From Marsupella aquatica (Eukaryota; Plantae; Marchantiophyta): a DNA stretch of 64,000 bases. The position numbers and the translations under genes were made by a program. The stretch is taken from assembly GCA_973895155.1 (NCBI GenBank), contig OZ316891.1, forward strand, positions 29,313,611-29,377,610, read 5' to 3'. Each line of letters begins with the position of its first letter. The first letter of the stretch is position 1. Shown here piece by piece: positions 12,323 to 24,989 of the stretch. The notes beneath the pieces are model-generated. The model saw nothing but the letters and a program-made list of their open reading frames with translations, searched no databases and had not been told where the DNA came from.

Positions 12323-14597
12323 AATCTATAGAATGATTATTACCATTTCAGTGCAAAGTTCACATGTTGTCATCTGTTTTATTTACTGATTATGATGTCA
12401 CTCTGTTTCATCAGTGGTTAAGTTAACTTGTGTACACCCCACTCATCCAATAGACGAGAACATGTGATTGGACTTACCTGACCCAAAACTAGTTCAGCCT
12501 GGAATAAAACGTTTTCCCCGTCAGGCTTCACCTGTGGTCAACCTAAAACCACAACGAAACCTTATGCTACTGTTTTCACAGACTCACCCTTACTACCCCT
12601 AACCCTCATTTTCCATCTGCACCCGAACTTATGTCCCAGAGTCACTGTCCAGACACTTCACAACGAGTCACTCTAAAACCGGAAGAATAGCTTAGAACTG
12701 CCAAAGTGTTGTTAGATCCAATTGATGATGTTTCGCGCTAGTACACTCTGCCAATGAATCTTCAACCGTTACTGAAAAGCTTCATTGCCACTGTATAATG
12801 CCAGTGCCAGTTCATTCATATCACCTGTAAGGGTTTTTTAGGTACTGGATCTACAGTTTGGAAGAGAAGGCAGGTATGGTTTTAATTTCTAGTGTGGTTG
12901 GGTTTTCAAGATTGTATTCCGGATATGAAACTGATTTCTTGTGTGGAGGAATTTTATCCGGAAAATTATTAATCAATAAGGCCCCGGGCTGATTGAGTTC
13001 CATTTATCAGAATTCTAAGCACTGGCCGTTTTTGGTTACTGGATTTATATTTGGAAACTAATAGTATACACTTTTGACTTTCTACTATGTTCATTGTTGG
13101 GTTTCCAAGATTATAATGGATGTAAAGCTAATTTCTAGTGTAGAGTAAAATTATCCACCAAGGGTTGAGGTTGAGTTTCATTTGACCATGACTCCTACTT
13201 ATAGTAAAGTAAAAAAAATGGGGTTGTCATATTTGGTATTTACTCGTTATAGTAACATCCGGCCGGGAAAAAATTTGACCAGGCCGGGAGAATGTGGTGC
13301 TCAGCCGGGAGGGGTCGGGAAAATTTGACATCGGGTCGGAGAATATAAGGGAATATTGGACAAATAGACGATTTTTGGATGGACGAGTTGTCATTTGTCA
13401 TGTCGGACAAGGACACATCTTGTCCGACAGTGAAAACCTGGGGTCAAAGTCCCATCATCAGACTGATATCGATGGAACAGAGTTCGATGGAACAGAGTTT
13501 CAACCAAAGGGTAAAAATATGCTCTTCAAAATTCTGTCGTGCTTTCAGCTGCACGACAACTAAGAATGATTCACAGCGAGAATGATAATATTCCACCACG
13601 CCATGTCTGCCAATCAACCTCGCATCATGCCATGTCTACGCTCAGCAGGCTAGACCACGTAGACCTCTGAGTTTGTTTTTTGCCTTGAAAACTCCTGTGA
13701 ATATCATGCAGAAAGGCAGCATATAGAGCTTTGCTGGGTTGGTTGCATATACAAGAGCGAAGCGACATTGTTCCAGTGGAACGGACGGAGTCGCTACGGT
13801 GAATTCCCGACTTACCAAACAATAAAACAGTACCAAGAACTTTAAGATATTTTTCCCTTCAATTCTCAACGCACAGTTTACAGTAGAACTTGTTTCTCTG
13901 TTCCGGATTTATCGCTGAGAGCGTTCCGGAATTTATGGATAGGGTCGATCAGAGCCTTGTATCTCGGGAGCTGCTGCTGCTGGTATGCAACTGTCTCATG
14001 CGAAGTGGCTCAGATGGAACTATGGAAGGATATTTTATCGTTCTTCATCTGCGATCCTCACATGTTTCACCTGTTCCAAACTTTCAACCAGGTTTTCCAA
14101 GCTATTAGAACATTCTGTAGTCTGTACCTCCAGAACTTACTGTGGAGGCTGCGTACGGTCCATTATTGGGAATGCATGCTTTGCATGTGGGTTGCTTGCG
14201 CATGGAGCATTTATGGTTTTTGATATATATGGTTTTGGACATTTGTGCTTGCTGGGGAGAATTCCAAAAATGCCTTTAGCCCCAGGACACTATATTTAGT
14301 CACTATGTTTAGTGTGTGCAATGGCCATCCCAAGTGCAAAAACCTCCAAAGGGCCCCCAATTGCCCCCAACCGCTTGTAAAGTCCTCCTTAGATGTAGTC
14401 AAGGTTGTGAGAGGAATGCCACACACACAATGAGATACTTGATGTGGTGGCAACCTTTGCCCAGGACTCCTGGTGCTATATCACAATAGAGCAATATAGC
14501 TCTGGTTTTTATCTCGAGTGGGAGTTTGTGTCCTCAGGGATGTGATCTTGCTGCCAGTATTGGTAGGACCAATGTTGAGATGGCTGCCCAGGCACTA

Positions 14598-15009
14598 CCA
14601 TCTTCCCCCAAACACAGCGCCTGGGCCTTGTGTTCGATAATGGATTGTTTAAGGCCTTCATAAGAAAAAGTGTTTTTTCTTCAAACACAACATCATTTTA
14701 ACACAACGCCTGAGTGTTGTGTTCGAATATTGGTGTTGTGTTTGAGTTGGACACTGTGTTCAAAATTAGACCCTAAACTATTCTACATTGAGCACAAATA
14801 GTAAAAAAATTCAAGAATCATATGCAAATGTCAATATTCAAACACAATGTCAATATTCGAACACAACGCCCTGCAAATACAAAAATTGAAAACACATACT
14901 TAGTCAAAACTTGAATACAATGCCCCGGGCGCACTATTCGAATAGAGCGCTCCATGACCCACTATTCAAATACAAGGCCACATGTGGCATTGTGTTTGGG
15001 GGGAGACGG
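14598..15009. mobile_element. Tc1/mariner(pogo)-type MITE
   Basis: TA|ccatcttcccccaaacacagcgcc ... ggcattgtgtttggggggagacgg|TA, i.e. imperfect TIRs with a TA TSD. Many internal (tt)cgaacacaa motifs. A related copy lies at 41953-43136. Confidence 0.75.
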
Positions 15010-16018
15010 TAGGCCATGCCAAATGTTACCTTGGAGGCCTGTCAAGAGGCCTGTTCTACACTCTTGCTTTTAATATCTGTGGAGCTCCACACCTGATCTT
15101 TGATCACTATTTATGAGGTTGAGCGGTATTTTTTGTAGAGCGGAGGCATTATCCCCTGGTTTTCGTCCCTGGCAACCTTCTTTAGAGAGTGGAGGTTTGT
15201 TGCACGTCTATATGGAGCTCAGGCATTTGCTATTCTTCCTAAGGCTGAGGCGGGGTCTGAGGTTGATGGTTTTGGGGCCCCTAGTCAAGTTTGTCTGCAT
15301 AACCCTCCTATGTAGTTTACCCCATAGCTCTACCAGGTTTATTAGTTTTTGGTTGCTGTTGTGGTGGACTTCCCAATAAACTTTAGCTGGGGACTTTTGA
15401 TGGGGCTTTTTGGTTCTATGGTCATCCTGGACTTTTCCCTTGTTGCTCCTGCTCCAAGTTTTTCCTTGCTGCCTTTGGGGACATGTCTATTGGGTTAATT
15501 TGCCCTCGTAATTGCCTCCGGCCCTCTTTATTGAATCTTTAGCCTTTGGGATAGTGTCTATGGGGTTGTCCCTTGTTGCCTCCCCCTTTATTGGATCTCC
15601 TGCCTTTGGCATCCTGTCTCTCTCACAGATGGGCACCTTCTTCTTCTTTTTGCAGTGTGATGTATCCAGAGAATAAAACTTGCTTTCACGTGGTATGTCA
15701 AATGATTAATCGCACATGCTTGGCTGCATGTGGAAAGACAGTGAGGTAAGCAAATGCTTTGATGAAGTCCAAAGGTAGACAATAACCGATTGAAGCTGTT
15801 CGTGACCCATGGCAGACCATCCCAACCTTTTGGCTGAAGTCCAAAGGTCAACAGAAACCCCTCCAGAAAGCAAAAGAAATTTGTGGGTGAATGATGGCAC
15901 CAACACAACTTTTATATATATTTCTGGACACTGTTGAATTGATAAAGCAAAATGTCGTACGTACACATTTGTGCAGCACAATTTTATAGTAGGACCAAAG
16001 TTGTGGTCTGCTCAGATT

Positions 16019-16382
16019 GTCAGGTCTAGAATTCAACACTATACACTTCAAAGGCACGATTGTCACATGATAGGTACTCTTGACATTTGGGGAAGAGTTC
16101 TAGACGAGTTTGAGATTCAGACCACAATCAACAACCAACACAATTTTGTCAGGTCTAGAATTCAAAACTATTCACACAAAGGCACGATTGTCACATGATA
16201 ACTATTCTTGAGATTTGGGGAAGAGTTCTGGACGAGTCTGAGATTCAGACCACAATCAGCAACCAACACAATTTTGTCAGGTACTAGAGTTCAAAACTAT
16301 TCACTTCAAAGGCACGATTGTCACATGATAGCTACTCTTGAGTTCTACAGTAGACGAGTTTGAGATTCAGACCACAATCAAC
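16019..16382. repeat. ~128-bp tandem repeat, 3 copies
   Basis: 'gtcaggtctagaattcaa...aaaggcacgattgtcacatgata...gagattcagaccacaatca' at ~16019, 16148 and 16276. Confidence 0.88.
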
Positions 16383-18360
16383 GTACACCCAATCAAAACA
16401 CAGGCGGTGAAGTCTCCCACTGCTGGATATATGACAGATTAAATTTAGTAAACCCTTAGATTATATGTAAATTCAAGTTTTGCGAGTGAGCTGTGTTTAT
16501 TTTTCAGCTCTTATCTTGACAAAAACAAAAGTACTATAAGGTTTTTAATTAGGGACATTTCTTAGGAGGGGTGTTTGCTAGATGGAGAATAATTAATATA
16601 TGGCCAAACTAACAAACAAAATAACTAGAGCAATTGATCACCACTATCCCCTTAGTTGGCAGGCCCCCTTGGAAAATTCGCAAATCTAATTTTGTATGTC
16701 ATTTAGGTGATTGAATACATTTTTGTGTTTTTGGATCCTTATTAACCTTAATTAGCAATCAGGATTACCCTTCATTTCTTTTATTTCAGTATTTTATTTT
16801 GGGTCAAAGCCAAAATATTCAGACTAGATTGTACAAATCTCATAATCATTTGCATCACAAAAACTACTTTCATTCTATAGCACTCAAAACTTAAACTCCT
16901 AATTAAGTTGATTTGCAGGTTAGATGAAATTTGCTAAGATCAAACTGATTTCATCCAATGGTCTTAAATTGTACGTGACCCTCGCCAAACAGTCGGATTC
17001 ATGCATGTGCACAGCTGACTCTTCAGGGTCTCCCTAGATATAGCTCTCCCGTCACATGCAATGTTTGAGGGTCTCAACCACCCTAAAGCCTAAACATTGA
17101 AAAACTGTTTTTCTTTTACGATTTTTGTTATCCCTGTCCCGATCCCTGTCTTTTGGAATATTCTAGTTTAAACCATATTTTTCTGTATTGATTTAAACCA
17201 TACCTTTTCTTATAATGATCAAAATAGGATTTAAAATACCAAAATGTTCTTGTACAGAAAGTATAATATTTTCCTCGAGAACAACATTGACACAAACCAT
17301 CGTGTGCCTTTGTCCAACATGCTTTGACATTTTTGGAGAAACGATACCCCCAAGCCTAGCTAACTTGGTAGCATTGCGAAGGGAACTCAGCAAAAGCAAA
17401 ATAAGGGCCACTTTACAAGAGGGGCGCGGCAATTTGAGTGCTTTCTACCAGGGCTGTAACAGAGCCCGCCTTTTCGTGTACGGTAGGACTCTAGACCAAT
17501 CCAAGACAGGAATTGCAGGACAAAGCAATCTGCCCATTTTTGCACCTCTGGAGGTCCGATAGTCTAGCGCCCGGATGATCTCGAGTCCGGAGCCGGCTGG
17601 CCTGAGCTGATGCATACCAGAATGCAGGTTCGGTCGTTCCCGCAGCTCAACTTTCCGCGCCAGTCTTCCAAAACAAGGAGCACCCAGGCAGGCTGAAACA
17701 ACAGCCACGATTGAGTCGATCCTGAAAAAAGAGGGACTAAATTGTCACGCCCATCTTGCAAAGTGCATCTCAAATGGGCAGCTGAGATTGACTCAATCTT
17801 GGCTGACCTCACCGAGATAGCCGTATGGACCAAAAAATTGGGGAACAAAATTGGAAAAAAATAAGAAATTTTTGGTGTCCGCACCGTATGGACACCTGTC
17901 CATCTCAGCTGACCTCGCCAAGATATGGGACCCCATAGTGAAAAAAATTCCAAAAACATATTCCCTTAAATTTTGGGAAAAAAACCAAAAAAAATCCCTT
18001 TTTTCTCTCACACCGCGACGCAGCAACCTCTTTGAGATGAGGTGGCAGCTGATATCAGGCGGACTGATGCAGATGATTGATAACGGATGAGATTACTTAT
18101 CTCCATAAAGAGATTCTTGCAAACTTCATATCAATTTGAAGAAAATTTGAAAGATGAACTGAATTGGCATGTTGATTGTTGCTATGGAGAGTTCAATGGG
18201 TTTCGAGCATAGCACAGCCTTATTGAGCTTCACAAGAACTGTCTTTCTTGGGATGATCGGCTGCTGGGCGCGGCTGATAGACAATTCTTATTCTTCAACA
18301 TTGCCTTCCTTCAATCAAGCTTTTGTCCTCACTCATTTCCTTTCTACTCATCACGCAAAA

Positions 18361-18611
18361 GTAAGTATAGGGTTTGTTTATTGGGTTAAGGTGAATAGTT
18401 TTAAATTTCTGTAGAAGAACATTAGGATTTTTGCAATCCAATTTTGAGAATTACAAGAGAAGATAGGGTTTTAGAAATGAATTTTGTGAATATTTTTAGA
18501 ATATTCCAGAAAACATAGGGGTAGAAAATTATATAGTTCCAAAATAAAACTTAATTTTAGGGTGTCACATCAAGCATGTTATGAGACCCCCTTTAGAGTG
18601 AGACCCCCAAG
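18361..18611 (+). mobile_element. Diverged copy of the 25163-25459 MITE family
   Basis: Shares 'tgtagaagaac', 'atccaattttgaga', 'tttttagaatattcca' and 'ataggggt', and ends in agtgagacccccaag. Confidence 0.55.
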
Positions 18612-19763
18612 AGATGCACGGTGGACCTCAACCAATTGCATGCATCCTCATTCATGTCTTTCTTGGCTGCAGTTTGACTTTGCTTGAACTGTTTCTTCTT
18701 CCAAGCATGACAAAGTGATATGTCAAATTTAGAACTCAACCAAGGCAACCCTGGCTCTAGTAGTGCAGGCGGCAATGTCAGGTTGTGCATGACAAAAATG
18801 TGCGCTGGAATGCTTTGAAAGAACCATAAGATTTTGGCACGCCCATGTCAAAAGCTTTCCACAACACCTTGTAAGCTACAAAGCATTTGCACCCACGACA
18901 TTTGACACTCAAATAGCTCGGTAACGAGAGAGGCGGTGGCACTATAGAACATAAACCCTAAACCCCTAAATGTCTGAATACAAAACTACTTTGGTCTTTA
19001 GAAAGAAAAAGTGTGCATATGGTGCCTTACGTTACCACGGACAGACTGCAAGAGTACCACGGCGGACTCCCTGGCGGATTGCGAGCATATATACCACGAC
19101 TGTGGCGGACCACAAGCTTAAATAGATTGCAACTTACAAGTAGTTATGGTAAACCATCCCAATTGGGCTCCCCACAAGAACCATGTGTACAACACTGTTA
19201 GAGGGGTTGATTGCCCAGGGCGGATCTAAACAGAGGGGTCAATAAAATTAAATAGGTTATTTCATATTTAGAAGAGCAATATTTATAAAATGTCATCTTT
19301 AAAAAATATGGGAACATTAGATACATCAATGTTGACACACATGGTATCTGAAAATTTACTAACTTATCAAATGAACTGTCCTCACAAAGCTAGGCATTCA
19401 AGAGACAACGAGAGGGTAAGAAACATCATTGATGAAGATATGAAACAAGTGGTTCAGTTTTGGTTGAATGATTGGAAAGTCAGAAGTACTTGAATATCTA
19501 GATTGATTTGAGTTAGATTCATACTCAAAATGGTTTGCATGTGAAGGTTTTTTTCTCATGTTTTGGAAAGCATGCATGGATGCGTGAAGGATGCTCATTT
19601 CATACATTCAAGTGCAAAATTTTATGACTCAAACTTGAAAAGTAGTCAAGGGTTTTAGGTCGCTATCACACAAGGGTAAGTCTCTAAGAGTAAATACAAG
19701 TAATGTCAACTGAAGGAAGTGATAATTAGTACCAATAATTGAAGAGTAATGCAAAGATAACTA

Positions 19764-20145
19764 CACTGTTCACCGTAATTAGTGTGACTAACACTAATTC
19801 GAGAGCGCCCATTTTCAGGGTCTACTCGTGAATTAGTGTTAGTCACACTAATTTTGTGCTAACACTATATTCGCGCACATGAATTAGTGTTACTATGGTC
19901 TTAAAAGTGGCAAAATACAAAGGAAAAAACTATTTTAAAAAATCCACAACAATTAGTGTTACTTTGGACTAGAGATCATCCATTTTTTACAAGCAATTTA
20001 AACTAAACTGAAAAAAATTCATTTTGAAAACCGATAAAAATTAGTGTTACTTGAACTCAAAATCATTTTTACCAAAATTAGTGTTAGTAACACTAATTTT
20101 GTACTAACACTAATTCTTGCATAACACTAATTACGGTGAACAGTG
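19764..20145. mobile_element. Tc1/mariner-type MITE
   Basis: Perfect 22-bp TIR cactgttcaccgtaattagtgt, flanked by TA on both sides. About 12 internal copies of aattagtgt / acactaatt. Confidence 0.9.
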
Positions 20146-20567
20146 TACTTTTCTTAGGATTGGTATTTTTTTAATTGTTATCATCTACAACTATAATAAG
20201 GTATCCCGCCTTCTTTTCGTCCTTTGTCCCAATACGCAAAGTTCCTAGGCTGGAAAGATCCATTGATTGGCTGTTTTCCCTGATCATTGATGGAGAAAAT
20301 GAGCACCCCTGGCGCATATATGCTTCCCATGCTGCCCCATAAATGCCCTGGCTCAACTCCCTATATATGGGCCGGCCCTCCTTGCGCCGTGCAATGCACA
20401 GTCATATGGCTCATTTTCACATAATATCCTGAGAGTAGCACAATGTTGTGTATAATCAAGCATGGCAGTCAAAAGATGTAGGGTTCAAATCTTTGCTCAA
20501 ATACTTGTGATGGTGTTATTTCTAAACTAAATTGGAAAGGTAAGAAGAATGTGATGATCATCACCCA

Positions 20568-20837
20568 TCGGATCTCACTTGATCACTTCCACAAAATTAG
20601 CACATCACATGCAACAAAGAATAAGGGTGTTTTATTAATTGGTTCTAAGAGAAGGCTTTGAGATTTTGTGGACGAACTTAGTTTAGTATCATTTAAATCC
20701 AATTTTGAGTCTTGTAAGAAAATTATGGTCCTTTTAAAACATTACAGGGGTAAAACAATATTTCTTACATTTTAGGAGGTCTAACGCTTAAAATCATCGT
20801 AGGTGATGGGGGGGCTCTCTATAGTGAGACCCCCAAG
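20568..20837 (+). mobile_element. Diverged copy of the 25163-25459 MITE family
   Basis: cacttccacaaaa...tttcttacattttagg...tatagtgagacccccaag is collinear with 25174-25459. Confidence 0.65.
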
Positions 20838-23419
20838 AGATCTCTTAAAAAATATCTAGAGCATCAATGTGGCACCATCTTCAATTCGCCCACCTCAGAT
20901 CATGCAGTAAAATATCAAATAATGAGAAACTACATTGAATATTAGATGCGCTCAGGGCAAAGCAGGCAAATATGGTGAGGCTACAATAGAAACCCTACAC
21001 TTGCCTCCTTCATTAATTCTTTGTCTCTTCCTTTCACCTGCCCTCTCACAAATCATCAGTATTGATTATGGGACTCTTGCACCAGTGGCTACTATCCTTG
21101 TCATATGGGAGCCAAAACTTGCATTAACCTAAAGTTCAGGTGACTTAAGAGCCATTGTTTGATCCAGCAGATTCTTATTAAACAATGTACAGTAGTTATG
21201 GCAGCATTACTAGAAGATCTGCAAAATATTGTGATCGAGATTGCGATGAATAGATAGTTTGTAGCCACTCTCCCTTGGGTGCTATTTTGTGTGCTAGTTA
21301 GGCAAAAGGTTGAAGGTAGCTATTGCTTGGGCTGCTTCCCTACCCTTATTCTCGTCAGTCCCTTGCTCCCTTCACGAGTTCTCTGAACCCATTTGCATTT
21401 GTTGTGGACCATCTTAGGGCCAAATGTTCTTAGAGTCCATTGCTTTGGCTCCTTCCACGTTGTCTTCCCTTTGAGCCCTATTCCACATGGTAACCATGGG
21501 GCTGCCCCTTATTTAAATGGACAGAATTTTGGTTGCTTGTTTGGTCTGATCTCAGATGGGCAGCAGAGGGGTGCACACACATATGAAATAGCGCCTTTCT
21601 CACATTGCCATTGCATGGTCCCCCTCACCTTTTACCCATCTAGTGCCTTGCTAGCTAGTATAGATGTGTATATGTCCCATCCCAACACTCGTATAGATCA
21701 GAATAAAAATCATCTCCTCTCTTCTAAGATTTGAGCCTATTTCTTTTAATGGACAATAGAAAAGTACTAGGGGCAGCCTCTGCGCGCCCTTCCTCACCCT
21801 CCCTTTTCAACAATTTGTGTTTTCAGACAGTTGGTAGCCCTATTAGGACAGGTTCCATAGCTTAGGGGCAGAAAAGAACAACAATGCTTTGGGAATATTA
21901 GATTGTCAAAATCAAGGATTTAACCATAGTATAGAAGGGCAAAGAGTACGGATTTAACTTCCTCTGCTCCATCTGCACGCAGAGGTCAACCCTGGTTACC
22001 GTCTCCAGTCTAAGTTCTATTCTCCACAACAATGCAACCTCTGGCGAAGAGAATGTGGCATCCAAAATAAAATCCTGATGTTTGACTTTGACCGGGACTT
22101 TGACAAACAGGACCGCTAATTTTCACCTTCCTCTACCTTGCTCTCTCTCCCCCGTCTCTCCCTTATCTACTTCTAATACTTCATGTCTTCATAGCGGCAA
22201 AGTACTCAAAGTGCTTATTGTAACAAGTGTGATCGACAAGTCCTCTTTGAAACACATCATTTCTTGGAGCTCTGCAACAAAAAGATTACTCGAAGTGCTC
22301 TTTGTAACAAGAGTAGAGCTCTAGAAGAATAGGATTTCCCAACAATACTCCCTTAGATTAAAATCTCAGGTATATATTTGCAAAATTAGTCAAAACCCTC
22401 CTTATAACTAGAGCAACACTTGATGAAAAACAGGATTCTATAACAATGTTTATTCAATTTGAAATTTCTTTTAGCTTTGCAAGAGCAAAATTATTACACT
22501 CGTACAGTAACAAGAGCAATGTTCTACAAGAATCAAGATTGCCCCCTTAGTTTATCTGGTGGAAATTGGTTGATTGGTTCATCATTCAGTCATTGTGATG
22601 CTTTCTCCCCCTTTTTGTGGGGTTTTTGAGGTTTATTATATTGAACTTAAAAGTTTTCTTTTGAAAATTTGAGTTACTTTTGTTTTTGACCATTGAACAA
22701 ACTACTTGAGGCACTATGAGTGAAATGTGAAACACTTCTATTCATAGTCTCATTTACCATAAATGTCAAGTAAGGTCCTCAAATACCTAAGTTCTCTATG
22801 GTCTTGCATTTTCTTGAACTCTAAAAAATGCTTAGAGTAACTATCTTGAGGGAAAATGATTTAAGAGAGTACAATAAACCTTGGCTACAATCAATAGCTA
22901 GTGATCTGGCTAGTACACGGTACCTTTTGGACACAAGTGGTGATATGACAATGTACTTTTTGGATAGAAGTGTAAAGAATAGTATCCAAGCATATTTCTT
23001 TGTTTTAGTATGGTCAATCCAAGTTTAGCTTGTCCAAGGGGCTTCATGGACAAAGTCCATCCAAGATTTAAGTTTGAATTATAAGTCTTTCTCAAAATGA
23101 TTGAAATGGCCTGATTTATACTTTGTTGCACGTAATGTGTCACTTCTAGCTGTGAAAGTGATCCCCCAAGTTTTCTTCCCAACGGCAAATCTTATTACAC
23201 TCCACATTGTTTCCAAAACAAGCCCACCTCAATCCACTAAAATTGCCGCTAAATCTACCTTGTTCACTCTATGCCATGGTGGAGTGATGTTCCTGTAGAA
23301 CACTGGGCCATGCATCCATAAGTGTCAATTAAGAAAACAACCATGATCCATTACTAACTCATAAATTGACAGCTTGCACATATATGTGCAACATCCACCA
23401 AACACACAAGTAGGTATCT

Positions 23420-23958
23420 GAGGAGATACATGGTTCACCTCTTCAAAGGCTACATCCATGGGAACACACAAGAGGCCCAATGCACAAGTACTCCATAGGA
23501 GATACATAGTTCACCTCTTCAAAGGCTACATCCATGGGAACACACAAAAGACCCAAAGCACAAATGCTCTAGAGGAGATACATGCTTCACCTCTCCATAG
23601 GCTGCGTCCATGGGAACATACAAGAGATCCAATGCACAATTACTCTAAAGAAGATACATAGTTTACCCCTTCAAAGACTACATCCATGGGAACACACAAG
23701 AGACCAAACGCACAAGTGCTCCAAAGGAGATAGTACATTATTCACCTCTCCAAAGGCTGTGTCCATGGGACCACACAAGAGATCCAATGTACAATTACTC
23801 TAGAGGAGATACATAATTCACCTCTGACTTCAGAGGCTACATCCATTGGAACACACCCTCGAACACACCCGGAACCCACAAGAGACCCAACGCACAAGTG
23901 CTCCGAAAGAGATACATTGTTCACCTCTCCAGAGGCTACGTTCATGGGAACACGCAAG
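23420..23958. repeat. ~76-bp minisatellite, about 7 copies
   Basis: Unit 'ggagatacatagttcacctcttcaaaggctacatccatgggaacacacaagagacccaatgcacaa...' repeated. Confidence 0.9.
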
Positions 23959-24989
23959 AAAATTTTACTAGAATTGCCCTAGAACTCTACGCTTGTTGGC
24001 CTATTGAGTCTCCACAAACTAAGCTCGCCTTATCTCTTATTGGTTTCACTTACTAATACAAAGATGGACCATATTTTTATACAAAAAGGAACAAACAAAG
24101 TACAATGAAGGGAAAGCAAAAGAAGTCAAATTAAGTTTGATAAACACCAAACACACAAAAATAGGCTAATGCAATCTCAAAATTGAGGAAGAAGAAAATT
24201 GGTTCAAGGACCCCTTAGTTAGGTAAGTTTGATGTTTAAATGAACAAGTTGGAGCGATGAAGCATTGCATATTGAACGGGATATTGAAATAGGTTTGCAG
24301 ATGATCGAGGGGACAAAAGAGGAGATTATTCATGGTAACAGACCAATTGTTTCCTTGGTACTCCTATGTCCATACAGCCCATGTGACGTTTGATATACTC
24401 CACACAAATTATTAAGTACTTGAGGGGTTTCTTACATTCCTTTGGTATTCCCATGGTAAGTGAAAGGTTTCTCATGTCCTATTGGGATCAGTATTAACTT
24501 GTATACCGGTTCTTGCTGCCATGTGGCGAGTCAATATTGGCTAGCCTTAACCCGCTGCATTTTCCTGAGTAAAATTGAGGGCTCAAAGTGTTAGAGCATC
24601 TCCAGCGGTTTGGAATTTGCACCGCTATCCCTATTGTATGGCAGAGAGTATCAATGTGCTTGCCAAAATAGCAAGTGCCAAGACCTTTGCGCAATCCCCA
24701 ACGGTGATACCCCATTCTGACCCCCATACGCTGACAGAGCACACATACAAACTGGGCCCCATGTGGATTACAAAGTTTGATGTGCAAGAGAGAAGCCTGT
24801 TGTGAGAGAGAAGGTGAGGCGGGAGTCGAAGTCCTGCTGAAGAACCAGATGCGCCAGCATACACATGTTGTTCCGGGCGCATCAATTTTTTGTGTTTTGT
24901 GCTGCATGTGTGCCTAAATTTTGATGTGATCTCATTGAAGCGACCTTCAACTTCTACGGTTTCAGCCAGGATTGTACTATATCTGTTCA

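Noticed and set aside
13890-14299. Cys-rich ORFs resembling a zinc finger
   Set aside because: Three overlapping frames are open, and there is no convincing splice structure or family motif.
14593-15013. CACTA element (cactacc at 14593)
   Set aside because: The right end is not TAGTG. TA-flanked TIRs fit a mariner/pogo-type MITE better.
18953-18970. Telomere-like aaaccctaaacccctaaa
   Set aside because: Only two imperfect units, so it is not an interstitial telomeric array.
23420-23958. CRISPR-like periodicity (~76 bp)
   Set aside because: The whole unit is repeated and there are no unique spacers.
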